From positions 150,001-182,000 of the forward strand of contig NC_000962.3 in the NCBI RefSeq assembly GCF_000195955.2: DNA of 32,000 nucleotides, in the 5' to 3' direction. The DNA is from Mycobacterium tuberculosis H37Rv. Its GTDB lineage: Bacteria > Actinomycetota > Actinomycetes > Mycobacteriales > Mycobacteriaceae. Below, one piece after another: positions 20,284-29,318 of the stretch (position 1 is its first letter; each line of letters begins with the position of its first letter). Under the pieces are notes generated by a model. That model did not search any database, was not told where the DNA came from, and saw nothing but the letters and a program-made list of their open reading frames with translations. Made by a program: the position numbers and the translations under genes.

Positions 20284-21126
20284 GTGCCGCACTCTTGGAC
20301 CCCGACCTCTGTCATGACGCCGCCGCTCGTCGTGGCCGCGTTCAGGCCGGTCGGCCATTACCGACTCGCAACGGACAGAGCCGGTGGGCCCTGCTCGCCC
20401 CCGGCGACCGGAGCCAAGCTGACAAGTTCCGTAGCATCCCGCCCAACGGTAGGTACCAAGCCGCAGTGGTGGCACACTTTAGTGATGTCAATGTCGCTCA
20501 CGGCCGGTCGCGGCCCGGGACGTCCCCCGGCGGCGAAAGCAGATGAGACTCGGAAGCGTATTCTGCACGCCGCCCGTCAAGTGTTCAGCGAACGTGGTTA
20601 TGACGGCGCGACTTTTCAGGAGATCGCCGTCCGCGCCGACCTGACCCGACCGGCGATCAACCACTACTTCGCCAACAAGCGGGTGCTCTACCAAGAGGTG
20701 GTGGAGCAAACCCACGAACTCGTCATTGTGGCCGGCATCGAACGGGCACGCCGCGAGCCGACCTTGATGGGGCGGCTGGCGGTCGTCGTTGACTTCGCGA
20801 TGGAGGCCGATGCCCAGTATCCCGCCTCGACCGCGTTCCTGGCCACCACCGTGCTCGAATCCCAGCGGCATCCAGAATTGAGTCGGACCGAAAACGATGC
20901 GGTGCGAGCAACCCGAGAATTCCTGGTTTGGGCTGTCAATGATGCGATCGAACGCGGTGAACTAGCCGCCGACGTCGATGTCTCTTCGTTGGCCGAGACG
21001 CTGTTGGTCGTGTTGTGTGGCGTGGGCTTCTATATCGGTTTTGTCGGGAGCTATCAGCGGATGGCGACCATCACCGATTCGTTCCAGCAGCTGTTGGCCG
21101 GCACGCTCTGGCGGCCTCCGACCTGA
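20284..21126 (+). CDS. TetR-family transcriptional regulator (longest ORF; the true start is probably ATG 20485)
   Basis: TetR HTH RGYDGATFQEIAVRADLTRPAINHYFANKR. The longest ORF (280 aa) has a 67-codon domain-less N-terminal extension. In-frame ATG 20485 gives a canonical 213-aa TetR. Confidence 0.85.
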   Translation: MPHSWTPTSVMTPPLVVAAFRPVGHYRLATDRAGGPCSPPATGAKLTSSVASRPTVGTKPQWWHTLVMSMSLTAGRGPGRPPAAKADETRKRILHAARQVFSERGYDGATFQEIAVRADLTRPAINHYFANKRVLYQEVVEQTHELVIVAGIERARREPTLMGRLAVVVDFAMEADAQYPASTAFLATTVLESQRHPELSRTENDAVRATREFLVWAVNDAIERGELAADVDVSSLAETLLVVLCGVGFYIGFVGSYQRMATITDSFQQLLAGTLWRPPT

Positions 21127-21178
21127 CCGAGACCTAACCGGCGGCCCCGAAGCGTAGTGATGTGCCACACAAATCGTA

Positions 21179-21206
21179 TAGGTTACCTAACTTACTTAGG
21201 TAGCAT
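21179..21206. promoter_or_regulatory. AT-rich overlapping palindromes plus -10-like hexamer upstream of the first methyltransferase gene
   Basis: TAGGTtACCTA (21179-21189), ACCTAA-cttac-TTAGGT (21185-21201), and TAGCAT (21201-21206, fits TANNNT), ending 8 nt before GTG 21215. Confidence 0.3.
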
Positions 21207-21214
21207 GGCATGCC

Positions 21215-22168
21215 GTGACCGAACTCGACGACGTGTCCTCGTTACCATCCTCGCGACGGACCGCTGGCGATACCTGGGCGATCACCGAAAGCGTTGGCGC
21301 CACCGCGTTGGGGGTCGCGGCGGCACGTGCCGTGGAAACGGCCGCGACCAATCCGCTGATCCGTGACGAGTTCGCCAAGGTGTTGGTGTCGTCGGCGGGT
21401 ACCGCCTGGGCACGGCTGGCCGACGCCGATTTGGCCTGGCTCGACGGTGATCAGCTCGGCCGACGCGTGCATCGGGTTGCCTGCGACTACCAGGCGGTGC
21501 GCACCCACTTCTTCGACGAGTACTTCGGTGCCGCCGTCGACGCAGGTGTCCGGCAGGTGGTGATCCTCGCTGCCGGACTGGACGCTCGGGCCTACCGCCT
21601 GAACTGGCCGGCGGGCACTGTGGTTTACGAGATCGACCAGCCTTCGGTGTTGGAGTACAAGGCGGGGATTCTTCAATCGCATGGCGCGGTTCCAACGGCG
21701 AGACGGCATGCCGTCGCGGTGGACCTGCGCGACGACTGGCCGGCCGCGCTGATAGCTGCCGGATTCGATGGCACCCAACCGACTGCCTGGCTAGCCGAGG
21801 GCTTGCTACCCTACCTGCCCGGCGACGCCGCGGACCGGCTATTCGACATGGTCACCGCGCTCAGCGCACCGGGCAGCCAGGTCGCTGTCGAGGCTTTCAC
21901 CATGAACACAAAGGGCAACACGCAGCGCTGGAATCGGATGCGCGAGCGACTCGGTTTAGACATCGATGTCCAGGCGTTGACCTACCACGAGCCCGACCGG
22001 TCGGATGCCGCGCAATGGCTGGCCACGCATGGCTGGCAGGTGCACAGCGTGAGCAATCGCGAGGAGATGGCCCGACTGGGCCGGGCGATCCCGCAAGACC
22101 TGGTCGACGAGACCGTCCGCACCACGTTGCTGCGAGGGCGTCTGGTCACACCCGCTCAACCGGCGTGA
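21215..22168 (+). CDS. SAM-dependent O-methyltransferase (leucine carboxyl methyltransferase-like family)
   Basis: 317-aa ORF from GTG 21215 with family motifs [29 protein letters not shown] and [11 protein letters not shown]. Confidence 0.9.
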
Positions 22169-23143
<975 letters not shown>

Positions 23144-23164
23144 CGAGCGCATCCGACTGACCTT

Positions 23165-23180
23165 ATATATCCGGATATAT
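23165..23180. promoter_or_regulatory. Perfect 16-bp AT-rich palindrome ATATATCCGGATATAT (candidate protein-binding site)
   Basis: Read directly from the sequence. It lies 22 nt after the methyltransferase stop and 58 nt before ATG 23238, and is conspicuously AT-rich for this genome. Confidence 0.3.
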
Positions 23181-23237
23181 GGCTGGATCTTTTCTATTGC
23201 TGGTTCAACCGGGTGACTAGGATCGCGGTTATCACCG

Positions 23238-24758
23238 ATGAGTGACCGCGTCAAGGCGGTCGCGCCGCCGGACGGAAGGACGATGATGACCACCGAATCG
23301 GTTGCCCGGAAGACCCAGAAATCTGAGACCGAGGCTCCGCGCGAACCGGCGCCCGTTTCGGATGAAAAGCAAACCGATGTCGCTAAAACGGTGGCTCGGC
23401 TGCGAAAGACCTTTGCCAGCGGGCGTACCCGCAGCGTCGAGTGGCGCAAGCAGCAGTTGCGCGCGCTACAGAAGTTGATGGACGAGAACGAGGACGCGAT
23501 CGCCGCGGCACTCGCCGAGGATCTGGATCGCAATCCGTTCGAGGCATACCTCGCTGACATCGCGACGACCTCCGCCGAAGCGAAATACGCGGCCAAGCGG
23601 GTGCGCAGGTGGATGCGGCGCCGCTACCTGCTGCTCGAGGTGCCGCAGCTGCCCGGCCGCGGCTGGGTGGAGTACGAGCCATATGGCACCGTGCTAATCA
23701 TCGGTGCCTGGAACTACCCGTTCTACCTGACCCTGGGTCCGGCGGTCGGAGCCATTGCCGCTGGAAACGCCGTCGTGCTCAAACCGTCGGAAATCGCCGC
23801 TGCATCGGCGCACTTGATGACCGAATTGGTGTATCGCTATCTCGACACCGAAGCGATCGCGGTCGTGCAGGGCGATGGTGCGGTGAGTCAGGAGCTGATC
23901 GCTCAGGGTTTCGACCGCGTGATGTTCACCGGTGGCACCGAGATCGGCCGCAAGGTCTACGAAGGCGCCGCGCCGCACCTGACCCCGGTCACCCTCGAGC
24001 TCGGCGGCAAGAGCCCGGTGATCGTCGCGGCCGATGCCGATGTAGATGTCGCGGCCAAGCGGATCGCCTGGATCAAACTGCTCAACGCCGGGCAGACATG
24101 CGTTGCACCCGACTATGTGCTGGCGGATGCCACCGTCCGCGACGAGCTGGTCAGCAAGATCACCGCGGCCCTCACCAAGTTCCGCTCCGGTGCGCCGCAG
24201 GGCATGCGCATCGTCAACCAGCGTCAATTCGACCGGCTGAGTGGATACCTCGCCGCAGCGAAAACCGACGCTGCAGCCGACGGCGGCGGGGTCGTCGTGG
24301 GCGGCGACTGTGACGCATCGAACCTGCGCATCCAACCCACCGTGGTCGTCGATCCCGACCCGGACGGGCCGTTGATGAGCAACGAGATCTTCGGACCGAT
24401 CCTGCCGGTGGTCACCGTCAAATCTCTGGACGACGCGATTCGCTTCGTGAACTCGCGGCCCAAGCCGCTATCGGCGTACCTGTTCACTAAGTCGCGTGCG
24501 GTTCGCGAGCGGGTGATCAGGGAGGTGCCGGCGGGCGGAATGATGGTTAACCATTTGGCTTTTCAGGTGTCGACGGCCAAACTGCCGTTCGGTGGTGTCG
24601 GCGCATCGGGCATGGGTGCCTACCACGGCCGTTGGGGTTTCGAGGAGTTCAGCCACCGTAAGTCGGTGTTGACCAAACCAACCCGACCCGACCTGTCCAG
24701 CTTTATCTACCCGCCGTACACCGAGCGCGCCATCAAGGTGGCTCGCCGGCTGTTCTGA
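23238..24758 (+). CDS. NAD(P)-dependent aldehyde dehydrogenase (class-3/fatty-aldehyde-like)
   Basis: 506-aa ORF with ELGGKSP and catalytic-Cys motif GQTCVAPDY. The first ~45 residues are a charged extension. In-frame ATGs at 23283 and 23286, preceded by GGAAGG, are alternative starts. Confidence 0.9.
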   Translation: MSDRVKAVAPPDGRTMMTTESVARKTQKSETEAPREPAPVSDEKQTDVAKTVARLRKTFASGRTRSVEWRKQQLRALQKLMDENEDAIAAALAEDLDRNPFEAYLADIATTSAEAKYAAKRVRRWMRRRYLLLEVPQLPGRGWVEYEPYGTVLIIGAWNYPFYLTLGPAVGAIAAGNAVVLKPSEIAAASAHLMTELVYRYLDTEAIAVVQGDGAVSQELIAQGFDRVMFTGGTEIGRKVYEGAAPHLTPVTLELGGKSPVIVAADADVDVAAKRIAWIKLLNAGQTCVAPDYVLADATVRDELVSKITAALTKFRSGAPQGMRIVNQRQFDRLSGYLAAAKTDAAADGGGVVVGGDCDASNLRIQPTVVVDPDPDGPLMSNEIFGPILPVVTVKSLDDAIRFVNSRPKPLSAYLFTKSRAVRERVIREVPAGGMMVNHLAFQVSTAKLPFGGVGASGMGAYHGRWGFEEFSHRKSVLTKPTRPDLSSFIYPPYTERAIKVARRLF

Positions 24759-24832
24759 CCTGGGCGCGGGTTGTCGCCCCGTTGACACCCGACTCGTTAT
24801 AACCCCGAATTGTGATTGCGGAGAGGAGCCTG

Positions 24833-25693
24833 ATGCCCGGAGTGCAAGATCGCGTCATCGTCGTTACTGGAGCCGGCGGTGGCTTGGGCCGCGAATACGC
24901 CCTTACGCTCGCCGGGGAGGGCGCCAGCGTCGTGGTCAACGACCTCGGTGGCGCCCGCGACGGCACGGGCGCCGGTTCGGCGATGGCCGATGAGGTCGTC
25001 GCCGAGATTCGCGACAAGGGGGGCCGGGCGGTCGCCAACTACGACAGCGTCGCCACCGAGGACGGCGCAGCGAACATCATCAAGACCGCGCTTGACGAAT
25101 TCGGCGCCGTGCACGGTGTGGTGAGCAACGCCGGGATCTTGCGCGACGGCACCTTCCACAAGATGTCGTTCGAGAATTGGGACGCCGTGCTTAAGGTGCA
25201 CCTTTATGGCGGATACCACGTGCTACGCGCGGCCTGGCCGCATTTCCGTGAGCAGAGTTACGGCCGGGTCGTGGTGGCGACCTCCACCAGCGGGCTGTTC
25301 GGCAACTTCGGCCAGACCAACTATGGGGCGGCCAAGCTTGGTCTGGTCGGCCTGATCAATACGCTGGCGCTGGAGGGAGCCAAGTACAACATCCACGCCA
25401 ATGCTCTTGCCCCGATCGCGGCGACCAGGATGACCCAGGACATCCTGCCGCCCGAAGTACTGGAAAAGCTCACACCCGAGTTCGTCGCACCGGTGGTGGC
25501 CTACCTGTGCACCGAGGAGTGTGCCGACAACGCATCGGTGTACGTCGTCGGTGGTGGCAAGGTGCAGCGAGTTGCGCTGTTTGGCAACGACGGCGCCAAC
25601 TTCGACAAACCGCCGTCGGTACAAGATGTTGCGGCGCGGTGGGCCGAGATCACCGATCTGTCCGGTGCGAAAATTGCTGGATTCAAGTTGTAG
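24833..25693 (+). CDS. Short-chain dehydrogenase/reductase
   Basis: 286 aa from ATG 24833 with GGAGAGGAG at 24820-24828. Cofactor motif TGAGGGLGR and catalytic YGAAK. The ORF-track start at 24812 (GTG) would include the SD. Confidence 0.9.
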   Translation: MPGVQDRVIVVTGAGGGLGREYALTLAGEGASVVVNDLGGARDGTGAGSAMADEVVAEIRDKGGRAVANYDSVATEDGAANIIKTALDEFGAVHGVVSNAGILRDGTFHKMSFENWDAVLKVHLYGGYHVLRAAWPHFREQSYGRVVVATSTSGLFGNFGQTNYGAAKLGLVGLINTLALEGAKYNIHANALAPIAATRMTQDILPPEVLEKLTPEFVAPVVAYLCTEECADNASVYVVGGGKVQRVALFGNDGANFDKPPSVQDVAARWAEITDLSGAKIAGFKL

Positions 25694-25699
25694 AAGTAA

Positions 25700-26668
25700 A
25701 TGAAGGCTTGTGTCGTAAAAGAACTTTCCGGCCCGTCCGGCATGGTGTACACCGACATCGACGAGGTATCCGGTGACGGCGGAAAGGTTGTTATCGACGT
25801 ACGGGCCGCCGGCGTCTGCTTTCCGGACCTGCTGCTGACCAAGGGCGAGTATCAACTGAAGCTAACGCCGCCGTTCGTGCCCGGCATGGAAACGGCGGGT
25901 GTGGTGCGTTCGGCGCCGTCGGATGCGGGTTTTCATGTGGGCGAACGTGTTTCAGCATTCGGAGTGCTCGGCGGCTACGCCGAACAAATAGCCGTACCGG
26001 TGGCCAATGTGGTTCGCAGCCCCGTCGAGCTCGATGACGCCGGGGCGGTGTCGCTGTTGGTGAACTACAACACCATGTACTTCGCCCTGGCTCGGCGTGC
26101 CGCGCTGCGACCGGGAGACACCGTGCTGGTGCTCGGCGCCGCCGGCGGAGTGGGCACGGCCGCCGTCCAGATCGCGAAGGCGATGCAGGCTGGCAAGGTG
26201 ATAGCCATGGTGCACCGCGAAGGTGCGATCGACTATGTCGCTTCGCTCGGTGCCGACGTGGTGCTTCCGCTGACCGAGGGCTGGGCTCAGCAGGTGCGTG
26301 ACCACACCTACGGTCAGGGGGTGGACATCGTCGTCGATCCCATCGGCGGACCGACATTCGACGACGCGCTCGGCGTGCTGGCGATCGACGGCAAGTTATT
26401 GTTGATCGGCTTTGCCGCGGGTGCTGTACCGACCCTCAAGGTCAACCGGCTGCTGGTGCGCAATATCAGCGTGGTGGGCGTCGGGTGGGGCGAGTATCTC
26501 AACGCGGTTCCCGGTTCGGCCGCCTTGTTCGCCTGGGGGCTAAACCAGCTGGTCTTTCTGGGGCTCAGACCGCCTCCGCCGCAACGCTATCCGTTGTCGG
26601 AAGCACAGGCCGCGTTGCAGAGTCTGGACGACGGCGGTGTGCTCGGCAAGGTTGTGCTCGAGCCCTAA
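25700..26668 (+). CDS. Zinc-independent MDR quinone oxidoreductase (zeta-crystallin-like)
   Basis: 322-aa ORF with nucleotide-binding GAAGGVGTAAVQIAK. It starts 6 nt after the SDR gene stop, so the two are a likely operon. Confidence 0.9.
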   Translation: MKACVVKELSGPSGMVYTDIDEVSGDGGKVVIDVRAAGVCFPDLLLTKGEYQLKLTPPFVPGMETAGVVRSAPSDAGFHVGERVSAFGVLGGYAEQIAVPVANVVRSPVELDDAGAVSLLVNYNTMYFALARRAALRPGDTVLVLGAAGGVGTAAVQIAKAMQAGKVIAMVHREGAIDYVASLGADVVLPLTEGWAQQVRDHTYGQGVDIVVDPIGGPTFDDALGVLAIDGKLLLIGFAAGAVPTLKVNRLLVRNISVVGVGWGEYLNAVPGSAALFAWGLNQLVFLGLRPPPPQRYPLSEAQAALQSLDDGGVLGKVVLEP

Positions 26669-27160
26669 GCGCATGCTCGCGATTCGGCGATACGGTGATG
26701 CTGTGACGGATCGGCGGGCCAACACGAGGAATTCGCACCCGCTGCCGGCGTGACCAACGCCACGCTGGCAGCAATCGGGTATCCGATCGCGTTGGCCAGC
26801 AAGCTGTTGGCGATATCGGCCGTCGAAAGCACAACCGCGTAGCCGTCCGCAACCACAGTGGAAATGGTGCTGGCGATCTTGGTGTGCGCGAGCGCTTCGA
26901 TGCCAGGGTCAGGGAGCCCGGTGGGCGCCCGGTCGTCGGGCAACGTCAGCATCGACGAGCCGCCGGTCTGTGACAAGTTCGCCAACAACGGATTGGGCAG
27001 CCACGCCGGTACCTGGCGCGGATGTGGTGCACGAACGCGTTGACATATTGGGGGCTCTTCGCGGATGAGGGTGTAGGGCGGGTCGGCGCGTCGTTGCCGG
27101 GTAGGGGTCGCGGTCTTTCGATGATGGGCGGTTCCACGCTGCCGAAAAGGAAGACCTCGG
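26665..27160 (-). pseudogene. Decayed relic of a third PE1/PE2-like paralogue; includes the 95-aa ORF 26665-26952 (107 aa if read from TTG 26988)
   Basis: ORF residues ...ISTVVADGYAVVLSTADIANSLLANAIGYPIAASVALVT... match the PE2 C-terminus ...IISTNYAVLLPTVDIA...NLINAIGYPLAATVGLGT..., with an internal gap. Other minus-strand frames further 5' encode ...SPQYVNAFV... (the 11-mer 27037-27047 is identical to PE1 28771-28781) and ...FLFG.... The hydrolase core is absent. Confidence 0.55.
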
Positions 27161-27235
27161 CGTGTCTGCCCGAGGCACTAGGTCGCAAGGGTAACCGAGG
27201 GTGCACGTTGACGGGGTGAGGCCAAGCGGGCGCCG

Positions 27236-27287
27236 AGCGTGAACTGAGGGCGAGATTTCGGCCGATTCTCCGCCCTCAGTTCACGCT
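27236..27287. repeat. Perfect 17-bp inverted repeat with 18-nt spacer
   Basis: AGCGTGAACTGAGGGCG (27236-27252) and CGCCCTCAGTTCACGCT (27271-27287). The spacer contains the palindrome TCGGCCGA. The repeat sits in the non-coding stretch between the relic and PE1. Confidence 0.9.
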
Positions 27288-27542
27288 GGGCGACGGCGCC
27301 AACGGGCTGCCCCTGGCCGGTCGCACCAAGACGCCGCATACGTACCAAACTTCCCATACTCACCCATCGCGGTGAACCCCAAACCCAGTGCCGGCCACCA
27401 TTGGCCTTCCCGATGGATTGGTGCCAGCAGCAACCGGCATCATCGAAAACCGGCTCTTCATGATCGAGGGCCGGCAGCGGCTCGAGCAGCGGCAGGCCGG
27501 GGTGATCACGTAGTAGTGCTGAATGACCCGAGCATCGGGCGA

Positions 27543-29309
27543 TCAGATGCTGAAGCTTTGCAGTTGCTGAGTAATGTCGGCCAACGTCACCACAATCGCG
27601 ATGAATTCAATCATGCCGCCCAGGGCGGCCAACCCAATGGTGGCCGCGAGCGGCAGCTCGATCGCAGCGCGGAGGTTGCCGGCCGCCAGTTGATTCACGA
27701 ACAGGGTGAGGTCATAGGCGGGCAGGATAGTGACGAAGGCAAGACCTAGATCTGCCGTCGGAAGAAGAATCGAGTAGCCGGTCGACACAACGGAAGCGAA
27801 AGTGTCCGCGATGTTGATGAGCGTCGCCGGTTGTGGCGGCGGTGGCGGCGGTAGCAGCGTCGGCACATACGGCGGGAACGCGGGCATCGGAGTTTGGGGC
27901 AGGGTGTTCAGGGCGGCTGGCAACTCGACCATGAAGTCGTTGACGCCCTGTTGCGTTCCGGCAACCAGGGCATCGGCGACAACGCTCGCCGGGACATCCG
28001 GGAAGAGCCCGAATGGGGTAGGCACGTTCGCCGGGCTCGTCGAATAGCCGAACCTCGGGTCGCCGTAACCCAGATTGACGATTACTTCCAAGTTCGGTTC
28101 GACCAGCGCCGCCAGCGGTGGGCCAATGACCGGGATTGCCCGCAACGGGGCCAGCAGCGGCAGATGCTCGGTTTCAATGATGTAGTACGTGTTCGACGTC
28201 GTGCCCTGTGTCGGCAACTGCGTGGCCGACGCTATCTGTGCCGGTGTGAGGTCCGCATACGTGGTGTGCACCGTGAGTATCCCGAATACTGCGTTGATAT
28301 CGGACAGGACATTGAGTGGATACCGCGGGAAGTCGGCGAAACCGTCGTACTCGAGGGTGTAGGTCGTCGTCGGATAGGGATTGTCCGGGGTCGCCCCGTA
28401 GAACGGTAGGCCGAGGGTGGTGACATTCAGACCGGGTATGCGCGCAAGTATCCCGCCATTGGGATTCATCTCGTTGCCGATCAAGATGAAATTGAGCTGG
28501 CTGGGGCTGGGAGCGTTGGGACCCAGCGAGATGAGGTGCTGCATTTCCAGGGACGCGATGACGGCGCTCTGCGAATAGCCGAACACGGTGACGTGGTTTC
28601 CGGCGTTGATTTGCTCCCAAATCGCGCCGTCGAGAATCTGTAGGCCCAACTGCACCGAGGTTTGGAAGGGCAGGGATTTGACGCCGGTGATCGGATATAG
28701 CTCTTCGGGCGTCACCAGCGCTTTGACGACCGGATTCGAGACGACGGGGTCGATGAACAAGGTCGTGATGGCGTTGACATAACTCGGCGTGGGTATCGGT
28801 GACCCGGTGCCGCCCATGATGATCGCCGTATTTTGGTTGAACATTGGCGGTAGCACCGGGGGTGAGGTTGGCTTAAAGAGTCCGGCCGTCGCCTCCTGCA
28901 CCAGCGCGCTCGTGTTGGTGGCCTCGGCATTGACAAATGCGTTTGCGGCCGCCGCCAACCTCTGGGTGAATTCGTTGTGAAACGCCGCAACCTGTGCGCT
29001 GATCGCCTGGAACTGCTGGCCGTACGCGCCGAACAGCGTGGCAAGGGCCGTGGACACTTCGTCCGCGGCAGCCGCCGCCAGGCCGGTTGTCGGGGCCGCG
29101 ACGGCCGCCGTAGCCTGGTTGATCGCCGAGCCGATCCCGGCCAAATCGGTAGCCGCCGCTGCCAATACCGACGGCTGCGCGAATACGTACGACAAACCCC
29201 ATCCCTCCTTGTCGACGGGGCCCATAACCCACCCGTCGAGCCGATACGTTGAGCGTAAAGCGACTCCGCGGTTGTGTCTGGCCTTTGGAGTGAACCCAAA
29301 TGGGGCCAT
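27543..29309 (-). CDS. PE1: PE family protein with C-terminal PE-PPE (alpha/beta-hydrolase-like) domain; longest ORF shown, likely true start TTG 29195
   Basis: The PE domain SYVFAQPSVLAAAATDLAGIGSAINQ... begins at codon 39 of the 588-aa ORF. The hydrolase-like motif VFGYSQSAVIASLE is present. AAGGAGG (29204-29210) lies 8 nt upstream of TTG 29195-29193. Confidence 0.9.
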   Translation of the reverse strand: MAPFGFTPKARHNRGVALRSTYRLDGWVMGPVDKEGWGLSYVFAQPSVLAAAATDLAGIGSAINQATAAVAAPTTGLAAAAADEVSTALATLFGAYGQQFQAISAQVAAFHNEFTQRLAAAANAFVNAEATNTSALVQEATAGLFKPTSPPVLPPMFNQNTAIIMGGTGSPIPTPSYVNAITTLFIDPVVSNPVVKALVTPEELYPITGVKSLPFQTSVQLGLQILDGAIWEQINAGNHVTVFGYSQSAVIASLEMQHLISLGPNAPSPSQLNFILIGNEMNPNGGILARIPGLNVTTLGLPFYGATPDNPYPTTTYTLEYDGFADFPRYPLNVLSDINAVFGILTVHTTYADLTPAQIASATQLPTQGTTSNTYYIIETEHLPLLAPLRAIPVIGPPLAALVEPNLEVIVNLGYGDPRFGYSTSPANVPTPFGLFPDVPASVVADALVAGTQQGVNDFMVELPAALNTLPQTPMPAFPPYVPTLLPPPPPPQPATLINIADTFASVVSTGYSILLPTADLGLAFVTILPAYDLTLFVNQLAAGNLRAAIELPLAATIGLAALGGMIEFIAIVVTLADITQQLQSFSI

Positions 29310-29318
29310 GCTGCCTCG

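Noticed and set aside
24782-24803. TTGACA ... TATAAC as a sigma-70-type promoter for the SDR gene
   Set aside because: The spacing between the hexamers is only 10 nt where 16-18 is expected, and TATAAC lacks the conserved final T. I therefore did not call it a promoter.
26565-26852. 95-aa minus-strand ORF overlapping the 3' end of the quinone oxidoreductase gene
   Set aside because: Its product is Arg/Trp/Pro-rich. It overlaps about 100 bp of a well-supported gene in antisense. The neighbouring frame (26665-26952) is the one with PE1/PE2 similarity.
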